From positions 54,449,921 through 54,469,920 of the forward strand of contig NC_057719.1 of the NCBI RefSeq assembly GCF_004010195.1: a stretch of DNA of 20,000 bases, in the 5' to 3' direction. The position numbers and the translations under genes are program-made. This document shows positions 11,385-20,000 of the stretch, in pieces; position 1 is the stretch's first letter; each line of letters starts with the position of its first letter. The notes under the pieces are model-generated. The model had not been told where the DNA came from and did no database searches. It saw nothing but the letters and a program-made list of their open reading frames with translations. The stretch is from Chiloscyllium plagiosum (lineage: Eukaryota).

Positions 11385-12210
11385 ACTACTACAGGAAAAG
11401 AAAGGTAGGATGTACTGGCCCTGGATTGTGTTCAGAGGAAGTTCATGAGAACGGTCCTAGAAATGAAAAGCTTAACATATCAGGAACGTTTAAGGCTCAA
11501 TGGAGTTTAGAAAAATGAGGGGGGAATCTAACTGAAGATTACAGAATAGTGAATGGCATGGACAAAGTGGATGTTGAGAAGATGTTTCCATAGTGGGCGG
11601 CACGGTGGCACAGTGGTTAGCACTGCTGCCTCACAGCGCCAGAGACCCGGGTTCAATTCCTGCCTCAGGCGACTGACTGTGTGGAGTTTGCACGTTCTCC
11701 CCGTGTCTGCGTGGGTTTCCTCCGGGTGCTCCGGTTTCCTCCCACAGTCCAAAGATGTGCAGGTTCGGTGAATTGGCCATGCTAAATTGCCCGTAAGTGT
11801 TAGGTAAGGGGTAAAATGTAGGGGTATGGGTGAGTTACACTTCGGCGGGTCGGTGTGGACTTGTTGGGCCAAAGGGCTTGTTTCCACACTGTAATGTAAT
11901 CTAATCTAATCTAATTGTTAGGGGTGACTAGGACCTGAGGGCATAGATTGTGTTCAGAGGAAGTTCATGAGAACGGTCCCAGAAATGAAAGGGGAAAGGG
12001 AAAGAGTAAAGGGAAGATCTTTTAGAATGGAGATAAGAAGAAACTTCTTTAGCCAGAGATAAGGCCAGGTTATTGAGTATATTGAAGACAGGGATAGATA
12101 GGTTCTTGATTATCAAGGTGATCAAGGGTTACAGGGAAAAAGCGGGGGAATGGGGTTGAGAAACTCATCAACCATGATTGAATGGCGGAGCAGACTCTAT
12201 GGGCTGAATG
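11385..12210 (+). mobile_element. CR1 LINE 3' fragment interrupted by an HE1 SINE and a 45-bp duplication
   Basis: DVLALDCVQRKFMR..., gagtttagaaaaatgagggggaatctaactgaa, and the 3' UTR ccatgattgaatggcggagcagactc. Confidence 0.85.
11595..11915 (+). mobile_element. HE1-type V-SINE, full length and young
   Basis: Closely similar to 6098-6424, with the same A/B boxes, V-domain, tail and (AATCT)n end. Confidence 0.92.
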
Positions 12211-12484
12211 CAATCAGAATTTAGGGAGCCGAGAAGAAGATTAGCAAGCAGAGTCTCTTAAATAGTAATCTCTAGATTAATCCCAGAGCCAGATGGAAGT
12301 GAGTACAGAAACAGGAAATTAAGACAGATGAATGCATGCCTGGAAGGATGGTGCAGGGGGAGGGGGGGGGGGGGCTTTAGGTTTCAGACATAGGGACTAG
12401 GTTTAGGGGAAGAAGGCACCTGTATAAGCCTTACAGACTGCATCACAATAGAGCTAGGACAGAGTTCCTCACAAGATATTAGAG

Positions 12485-12998
12485 TATACAGCTAATTGAA
12501 CTCAAGCTAGCTGGAGTATTGTGTACAGTATGGTCGACACACTATGGGAAAGACATGAATGCATTGAAGAAAGTGCAGATATGATTTACAAGTATGGTTC
12601 TGGTAATGAGAAACTTCAGTTATGAGGATAGATTGAAGGAGCATTCTCGTTGGAGAGAAGAAAACTGACAGGAGATTTGATAAAGGTTTTCAAAATCATG
12701 AGTGGGCTGACAGATTAGACAGGGAGAAACTTCCTGCTTAAAATGAAGAAAAAGAGATTTGAATAAAAAAAGGGATTTGTGGCAGAGAAAGAACTTTTTC
12801 ACACAGTTGAAGCATATATTGCACTGCCTGGAAATGTGGTGCAGGTGGGTTCAATTGAGGCATTCAAGAGGGCAGTGACTGGTATTCGGAAAGAAGTAGT
12901 GTGGAGGAATATGGGGGAAAAGCAGGAGATTGGAACAACACAGTAAAACCGGTGCAGAGAAGATGGATCAAAAGGTTTTCTGCTGCTCTGCAACACTG
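12485..12998 (+). mobile_element. CR1 LINE 3' fragment (nested)
   Basis: LEYCVQYG...ALKKVQ..., ggagatttgataaaggttttcaaaatcatg, and a CR1-type 3' UTR. Confidence 0.8.
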
Positions 12999-13179
12999 TT
13001 TTGGCAATAGTGCTGCTGAGGGAAGTTTAAACTAACTCAGCAGAGATATGGGAATGAGTGAAGAAACACCACAGTGCACACAATGCTGAGAGAGGCAGAT
13101 AGCACTAAAACAGGGAATAGTAAGTTAATAGGTGGAGTTGAAGTAAGAGGAAAATGTGATTAAGTCTAAATCAGGATGA

Positions 13180-14000
13180 CACCAAATGTGGATAACTGTG
13201 ACATTATCTACTTTGGAAGCAAAAACGGGAAGGCTGATCATCAATTGAAAGTGAGACAGATGAAAGTGCAATGAGACCTGGGTGACCTCGCACACCAGTT
13301 GCTGAAAGTAAGCACACTGGTGCACCAGACCAAAGAATGCAAATAATGTGGCTTTTACAGCAAAATAATTCAAATGCAGGAAGAAGGATGTCTTGCTACA
13401 ATTGTACAGGGCCTGGGTGAGACCACACTTGGAATATCGTGTGCAGTTTTGGTCTCCTTATCTGAAAAAGGATATTCTTGCTATAAAAGGGATGCAGCAA
13501 AGGTTTACCAGACTGATTCCTGGGATGGCAAGACTGATGTACAGTATGAGGAGAGATTAAATCAGTTAGATTTAATGTCAGATTTAAATTACTTTCAATT
13601 ACATTCACTCAAGTTTTGAAGAATAAAGGGTTTCACATTGAAAGCTATGAAATTCTAAACAGAGTAGATGCAGGAAGTGATGGGGAAGACTTGAAACAAG
13701 GGTCACAGTCTAAGGATAAAGGATAAATCATTTATGACCAAGATAACGAGAAATATCTTTACTTAGAATGGTGAATTGGTGGAACTTGATGTCACAGAAA
13801 GTAGTCTAGACCAAAACGCTGTCTGATTTCAAGGAGGAGTTGGATATAGCTCTTGGGGCTAAAAGGCATCAAAGGATGTGGGGGAAAAAAAAATGTTAGG
13901 GGATACCGACTTATATGATCAGCCATGTCCATAATGAATAGTGGAGCATGTTCAAAGAGTCAAAAGGCCTATCCTTCTCCTATTTTCCATGTTTCTATGT
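13180..14000 (+). mobile_element. CR1 LINE 3' fragment (nested)
   Basis: NCDIIYFGSKN, DLGDL, YRAWVRPHLEYRVQFWSPYLKKDI, and a 3' UTR ending aaaggcctatccttctcctattttccatgtttctatgt. Confidence 0.85.
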
Positions 14001-15399
14001 GAATACACAAACTATCTTTAGTTAGATTGGGGAATCACAGCAAAGATTTCCTTGTAAAAATCTGATACTACAGTTATGACATACATGTTAAATAGGCCTA
14101 ACTGCAAATTGCCCAGAAAGACAAGAAAGAGGAAAAAAAAGAGTTTTAGTTAAGAAGACAATTGCAGTTCTCGTGAAAGAAGATGTTTCAGAGGGTTTAA
14201 TCAATTTGGCTAGAGTAAAGGAAAAGAATGGTAAAGTCTATAAGGAAATTACAGAGAGATGCAATTACCCATATATTGACGGGTTAGTGGCAGTGCAAGG
14301 GACAATGAAGGACGAGGAACAATGGTTTGATGTTCCAAGTGCTCAGCAGAATTTCCGAGAGCAAGATGTACCCAGTCCAACACAGGGGAAGGCACTGTTT
14401 GATTGGGTTCTTGGAAATGAGGTTGCCGAGTAGATAAAATGACAGGAATGGAACATTTGAGAAACAATGATATTTTTATTATAAGGTTAAGGTTGATGGT
14501 AGAAAATTTACATTGATCAATTGAGACTAAGAGTGGACTTCAGTGGGGCAAAACATACCAAATGCAAAAGATGGCAGACAAAACAACAGCTGAACAATTG
14601 GCTACCATTAAGCAGGAGATGCTTTGGGCACAGTCAAGCTATATCTCCTCAAAAGGGACAGGTAAAATAATCATCTCAGAGCTCCCTGGATGACAAGGGA
14701 AGGAGAAATTAAGTTAAAGAAGGAAAAGTGTACGTCGGACAAGTGTCAGGGACATAAGTTGAAAACCAAGCTTAATGCAGAAGGGAGGTGGAAAAGCAAA
14801 TACAAGAAGCACAAGAAAGAATTTTGCAAGAGCAAGGAAATAAGAAGTCTCTAAGTCTGAGCAAACATCATCCTGTATGACTGGATAAACAAAACTTGAT
14901 CATTAACCAATGGATTGATCACAGAAAAGCAGTAAGAAAAATCTCTACAACGACTTCCTGTAATATGGATAACTTGCTTAACCTCCAAGTAATTTCTACT
15001 ATAGGAGAACAGTTAAAAACCTTCGACAAGGTTTGTCCCTTTCATTGATATTTCCTTTTTGTACAGTCTCCAATAAAACTTGGGAAACTTATAATCCTTT
15101 TGTTCCAAGGTAATGGATAATGTCAATGCAATTTATTATCAACTTTTGGGAAATAACTTTGATTTAAAATGTCCAATACATTCTTAAGCTATTTCACAAC
15201 TATATCTATGAGCATATTTTCTTACTATCCTGAAACCACTTCACACTACACTGTAACTTACTATTATTTTATTTGTACGATTAATGATGGATTGTGACTT
15301 TTATATGAGTAGACTAGACTATTCTTTGCAAAATTGTATTGAATTATTGACAAATGGTGATTGTTATAATTAATACATTCCTAATTTGTTAGACCATTT

Positions 15400-15695
15400 T
15401 TTATGGTCTTGAAAGTCCCCAGTCTGATGATCCTGGAAGGGCAAAGGATCTCAAAAATTTCATTAACAGGTGAAACCAGCTGTTTCATGCTGCTGCTATA
15501 TTGTAGCAACACAGTCAGCCTTTAGCATGAGCATTATACTGCCAACAAGCCAAAAATATGTTCTGCCTATTACACAAATGAGTACTTGTAATATATAAAT
15601 TTCAGTGTTTGTGTGGTGCCAAGTATGTAGGCAATACACTCCAAGTGATCATGTTAAACAGCTTGTCCCTTCAGGAGTTTACAACAGACAGATTA
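15400..15695 (+). mobile_element. Penelope-like element ORF fragment (RT-endonuclease linker and GIY-YIG start)
   Basis: PWKGKGSQKF...QVK.AVS..., KYVLPITQMS, then VIYKFQCLCGAKYVGNT, a GIY-YIG signature with CxC. Confidence 0.7.
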
Positions 15696-15734
15696 CTGAC
15701 TGTACCAGCTCACTTCACTGGTTTGTGTTGCAGA

Positions 15735-15882
15735 CTGGTGGCCAACTGGTTGAGGTTAACACGAAGGGCTCTCCATCTCAGCCTCTGCCCTCTCCTGAGA
15801 CACGGTTATAACATCAACAGTCATCTCTCTCTGATGACAGAGCATCCCTAGGATCTGGGAAGGCAAAAATGACTTTACCTTT
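15735..15882 (+). mobile_element. probable non-LTR retroelement 3' end, clade unassigned
   Basis: cagtcatctctctctgatgacagagcatccct...gactttaccttta resembles a recurrent shark repeat terminus. Recall only. Confidence 0.35.
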
Positions 15883-16392
15883 AATTACTGACCATGTCGA
15901 ACCACTTTTTGCTTGCAAATAATAAAATATAGCTTCCAACATTAGTTGTGATTCTATGAATGGATAGAAATTGTAAAATAATGCTCAGCATGCCAAGAAT
16001 TATTTTAAACATTAATTCAGGATCATCAGTTAGCTTCTCAAAGCCCTGACCTCATGTACACGGGAAGCTAAAAGCATTAATATATAGAGCTCTGTTCTTT
16101 GCAGACAGAAATTATGTACACACATTCTGCCCATTTCAATTTCAGATAATAAGGGACAGCTATTATCTGGATATGTCTTCTACACAATTTCTTGACCAAA
16201 GTCAACCTGTCTGATCTAAATTTAAACAAAGATTGGTTGTTCACTGTCAACCATCATCTAATCAGTACATTCTCCCTGGCAATGACTTGACAAAGCACAG
16301 TGTTCATTTATCAAGCAACCAGCACACTCATCCCATGCCTTATAAAATCCTGTTCCCCCATTGCAATGGTTTTCTTGCAAATGGTTTTATGT

Positions 16393-16420
16393 GAGAGAGG
16401 GAGAGAGGGAGAGAGAGAGA

Positions 16421-16452
<32 letters not shown>
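16393..16452. repeat. (GA)n microsatellite with GG interruptions, a 60-bp pure purine tract
   Basis: Directly visible in the sequence. Confidence 0.97.
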
Positions 16453-16455
<3 letters not shown>

Positions 16456-16864
16456 AAATCTTTGAAAAAAATCTTTTTCAGCAATAATCAAGTATATATT
16501 CATTAAACTTCATGTATAAAATTTTATACTGGGCTCCAGTATGTCTAGTGTAAATCTGTATTTGAGAAAAAGGCCTTTTCATTCTAAACCATATTGGTTT
16601 ATGTTCTGCATGGACACATAAATGCATTCTTCCATACTTTATTGCAATTAATAGTCAGCCCACTCAACATAAATATAATGATCAAGAGATGTACTGACAT
16701 CACATGAGGCTGAGTTTTGCAGATCTGCTTATGAGATATATGCTGCTGAATAGCTTATAGTCCTTGACTCCTATGATAAGGTAAAGGAAACAGGCACAAG
16801 AGAAAATCAACAAAAGCAACATAATGGAACAAGGGATTCTGTGTGTAGAAAAAAAGTGACGTGA

Positions 16865-17397
16865 GCCATACAATTTGGAATATTATGTTCCATTCCTGCT
16901 ACAAGAAAGATCTTGTGAAACTTGAAAGTGTTCAGAAAAGATTTACAAGGATATTGTCAAGGTTGGTAGTTCTGAGCTGTATGGAGAGGCTGAATAGGCT
17001 GGGGCTGTTTTCCCTGGAGCGTCAGAGGCTGAGGGGTGACCTTATAGAGGTTTATAAAATCCTGAGGAGCATCATTAGGGTGATTAGCCAAAGTATTTTC
17101 CCTGAGGTGAGGGAGTCCAAAACTAGAGGAGATATGTTCAAGGTGAGAGTGGAAAGATTTGGAAGGGACCTATGGGCAACATTTTCATACAGAAGGTGGT
17201 GTTTGTATAGAAGTGGTGGAGCCTGTACAATTACACATTTAAAAGGCATCTGGATGGGTACTGAATAGGAAGGGTTTTGAGGTATGTGGGCCAAATGCTG
17301 GCAATTGGGATGAGATTAATTTAGGATATCTGTTCGGCATGGAAGAGTTGGACCAATGGGTCTGTTTCCATGCAGTACAGCTCTATAACTCAATGAC
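16865..17397 (+). mobile_element. CR1 (HER1-like) LINE 3' fragment
   Basis: The ORF YKKDLVKLESVQKRFTRIL...LGLFSLERQRLRGDLIEVYKIL...SKTRG. The tail ttggaccaatgggtctgtttcc resembles the HE1 tail. Confidence 0.9.
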
Positions 17398-17507
17398 TGT
17401 ATATAGAAATTCTTGAGGGAAGTGATCCTTCACTAATTAAGGAAGTAAACAGTCTATTTTGCAGCCTTCACTGGAAACCCCAAATAACTCAACAATATTG
17501 AAATTAA

Positions 17508-17611
17508 GGTTGAAACTTTATTGCTGGAACAGCACAGCAGGTCAGGCAGCATCCAGGAAACAGGAGATTCGACGTTTCGGGCACAGCATCTGCAGACCTC
17601 ACTTTCTCCTC
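17508..17611. mobile_element. inverted two-arm Penelope-like terminal insert (copy 4)
   Basis: The minus arm (17508-17583) holds the half-ribozyme GCCCGAAACGTCGAATC. The plus arm (17584-17611) is cagcatctgcagacctcactttctcctc. A perfect 15-bp TSD caatattgaaattaa lies at 17493-17507 and 17612-17626. Confidence 0.85.
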
Positions 17612-17639
17612 CAATATTGAAATTAATCAGACTCAAAGA

Positions 17640-18280
17640 AAAACACACTATTAGTTGAAATCATACCTAACACAAAGGAGGGTATGGAGACCAGTCAATT
17701 CTTCCCCATGATATCACTGCAGGTGTACCTCAGGGTAGATATTTTCTAACCAATTGGTTCATAAATATTATTACACACCTCTGGAGCAGGTAAGGCTTGA
17801 ACCTGGGCTTCCTGGTTCAGACGTAGGGACACTGCCACTGCAAAAGTGCCATAAGTCTGTATAGATATGTTATAATGCATTTCATGACAGGGACATGAGA
17901 CTTGAACTCAGGCCTTCTGACTCAGAGGTAAGGACACTACGACTACACCACATGTCCTCGTGTGAATGTTCCCAGCCCAACTATCTTCAGCTCCATCATA
18001 AATTAACCTCCTTCGAACATAAGGAGAGAAATGGGACATTCTGGTGAGTGCAAGATGTTTTCAGATTGTGAAGCAACCCATACCTGTATGCAGCATGACC
18101 TGGACAGAATTCAGATGAGGTAAATAAATTTGCACTAAACAAGTGTCACTAATGATCATCTTTAAGAAAAGAAACTGTGATATTCTCTCCTTAATGTTTA
18201 GCTTAGTTGCTATAGCTGAATTGCCCATCAATTTCCTGGGGATCGTCATTGACTAAAGACTGAAATGGAACAGCCACATT
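17640..18280 (+). mobile_element. CR1/L2-group RT fragment interrupted by a SINE
   Basis: AGVPQG (~17720-17738) resumes as PTIFSS.. (~17975), matching GVPQGSVLGPTIFSCFINDLP. A later segment reads LGIVID*RLKWNSHI. Confidence 0.7.
17745..17960 (-). mobile_element. tRNA-derived SINE with two tandem tRNA-like heads
   Basis: The minus strand has TGGTGTAGTCG...GAGTTCAAGTC (~17950-17900) and TGCAGTGG...GGTTCAAGCC (~17842-17794), two related A/B-box units. Confidence 0.6.
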
Positions 18281-18299
18281 TTTTTTTAAAAATTCAGTC

Positions 18300-19570
18300 A
18301 TTCTTTCTGGAGCTGGAGAGACCAGATTACAGTAGAGCATGGCATATTATTGTGGGGAACAAGAGTTACTCTCCCAAGCAAAGGTCACCATCGGATACTG
18401 GCTGAATTCCACCACGAATCATCAAACAGGAATTTTCAAAATGAAGATGTTGGTGAGAAGTTATGTGTGGAGGCCAGGATTGGATGCAGACATAGCTGTG
18501 TTGGTGGGACAATGCTCTGAGTGCCAACAAGACCAGCAGCTCGCCGATATTTGTGGGATTGGCTGGGTAAACCCTGGATTCGGCTGCACACATTTCATGG
18601 GCTTGATGTTCTTTGTCATTGTGGATACCCATTAGAAGTGGTTGGTTATGCATAGAGATGGTTCGTCAAATATGGGGACAATGATAGAAAAACTGCGTAC
18701 ATCTTCTGGGAACACACAGACTCACGAAGTGTTGGTCACAGATAACGGGCCATTGTTTACCAGCTGGAAATTTGTTTATTTCCAAAAGTCGAATGGTGTT
18801 TGTCATTTAAGCTCAGTTCCATACCATCCATCATCCAATGGTCTGGCAGAAAGCAGTCAGAAGTTTGAAAACAGGCTTATCAAAACACGTTGCAACTTTG
18901 GTAGTTACCAAACAGTCCCATTTCCTGTTCAATTATAGGAACATCCCTCTTGCAAATATAGAGAGAGTTCCAGCAGAGTTGCCAATGGAGAAAAATCCCC
19001 ACACCGGGTTAAATCTGATCTTCTTGGACCTGGGAGTGGGACGGTAAAATGGCATCAGGAATGCCAATTCCAGATTCAAGATTGCGCAGCGTGAAAAAGA
19101 CAGTTTACTTCAAGGGATGAAGTTTGATGTAGAAATCACAGCAATGGGCTCTGCATGTGTGGTCAGGTCCAGTGATGTACAAAGTTCGGGTGGGTGCAAC
19201 AGTCCTGAACAAGCATGTGGACCGTATGTAAGCTACAAATTCACAAATGGTGTAGGAGCAAAATATGCCTGGCTCCTTGATAGCCATTCTGACTGTTCTG
19301 AAATCTGTGAGTTCTCCCTCTCCATCAAGCCTTGAAAAAACCTTGGAATCTGGATGGTCACAGTGGATGGCACCACCTTGACATCTTTGCCGCCTGAAAA
19401 GGGGAATGAATTTCTTCCAAGAGACTTCAGTTGCAAGATGTGAGCTACTTTGTGTTATACACCACCTGTATCAGAGGCAGAGTTAGAGGTATCTGACCTG
19501 GTGCGTAAACACTTCAGGGGAGCTACAAAAAAAGAACCAGCCTATGTCATGAGAATCAGAGGGGGAGGAA
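18300..19570 (+). mobile_element. decayed Gypsy integrase, 3' region and polypurine tract
   Basis: MKMLVRSYVWRPGLDADI...CSECQ (zinc finger), FVIVDTH, VLVTDNGPLFTS and PYHPSSNGLAE. The PPT agagggggaggaa lies at 19558-19570. Confidence 0.9.
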
Positions 19571-19693
19571 TGTAGTGATCAAAATGAGGTCAGCCAGGTG
19601 GATATCATAGAATATGAGTTCCCTAGTTGTGGCTGTTAATGTGATCCAGTCAGAGATCCCTGGCTGAGAGATAAGAACGGGAGTGTCAGATGG
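19571..19693 (+). mobile_element. start of the Gypsy 3' LTR
   Basis: It begins TGTAGTGA immediately after the PPT and is interrupted by a CR1. Confidence 0.75.
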
Positions 19694-19787
19694 AGAAACA
19701 AAGAAAATAGGTGCAGGAGTAGGCCATTCGGCCCTTCAAGCCTGCACTACCATTCAATATGATCATGGCTGATTATGCAATCTCAGT
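19694..19787 (-). mobile_element. CR1 3' UTR inserted in the LTR
   Basis: The minus strand reads cagccatgatcatattgaatggtagtgcaggcttgaagggccgaatggcctactcctgcacctattttctttgtttc. Confidence 0.85.
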
Positions 19788-20000
19788 AAGGTAAAAACAA
19801 TGACTGCAGATGCTGGAAACCAGATTCTGGATCAGTGGTGCTGGAAGAGCACAGCAATTCAGGCAGCATCCGACGAGCAGCAAAATCGACGTTTCGGGCA
19901 AAAGCCCTTCATCAGGAATAAAGGCAGAGAGCCTGAAGCGTGGAGAGATAAGCTAGAGGAGGGTGAGGGTGGAGCTAGGCAGGTCGGACAAGTCCAGACA
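19788..20000 (-). mobile_element. young Penelope-like element 3' end (copy 5), running out of the window
   Basis: It has the same terminal sequence as copies 1-4 with CpGs intact and continues upstream into pyrimidine-rich sequence on the minus strand. Confidence 0.85.
19884..19919 (-). ncRNA. minimal type I hammerhead ribozyme motif, best-preserved copy
   Basis: AUUC-CUGAUGA-A-GGGC(UUUU)GCCC-GAAAC-GUC^GAUU, with predicted cleavage between 19888 and 19887. Confidence 0.75.

Larger units (their letters stand above)
12212..14830 (+). mobile_element. older CR1 5' portion (ORF1 SGNH esterase and ORF2 APE endonuclease), split by two other CR1s
   Basis: 12215-12470 resembles 'VISGLLP...RNRKIRQMNAWLE.WC...LYK.DGLHLN'. 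ORF1 resumes near 13000 ('EGLN*'-like) and the APE start 'YVNxxxI' lies near 14000. 14350-14480 reads 'PTQGKALFDWVLGNE...EHLRNND' (cf. PTR..LDLVL..SDH). Confidence 0.7.

Noticed and set aside
11528..11887. 119-aa ORF and the related ORFs at 6069-6257 and 11553-11771
   Set aside because: These are incidental reading frames across HE1 SINE sequence.
15424..15490. CTGATGA followed by a GATCCT/AGGATC hairpin and a later GAAAC, as a possible hammerhead
   Set aside because: The hairpin overlaps the core and is not followed directly by GAAA. The region is better explained as Penelope coding relic.
15825..15845. ctctgatgacagag as a hammerhead or C/D box motif
   Set aside because: There is no GAAA/stem III or partner box, and it lies inside a probable repeat tail.
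1..20000. CRISPR array or prokaryotic operon
   Set aside because: There are no regularly spaced repeats or long ORFs, and the content is vertebrate retroelement sequence.

Overview
This is AT-rich, repeat-dense vertebrate DNA, almost certainly from a shark or other elasmobranch (inferred from two HE1-type V-SINEs and shark-type CR1 and Penelope ends). It is intronic or intergenic, with no recognisable intact host gene. Most of the window is decayed, often nested retroelements: several CR1 LINEs, RTE, L2, Rex1/Babar, two Gypsy pol relics, tRNA-derived SINEs, a Penelope GIY-YIG fragment and a possible solo LTR. The most striking signal is five short Penelope-like terminal inserts carrying a minimal hammerhead-ribozyme motif (CUGANGA-stem II-GAAAC-GUH). 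All four complete inserts have 13-15 bp target-site duplications and three are inverted two-arm structures. In one, an arm begins at the predicted ribozyme cleavage site. Other candidates are a 6-nt microexon, a 45-bp templated duplication inside a CR1 and a CTCF-like site. Family assignments come from recalled motifs, not database searches, and most boundaries are approximate.
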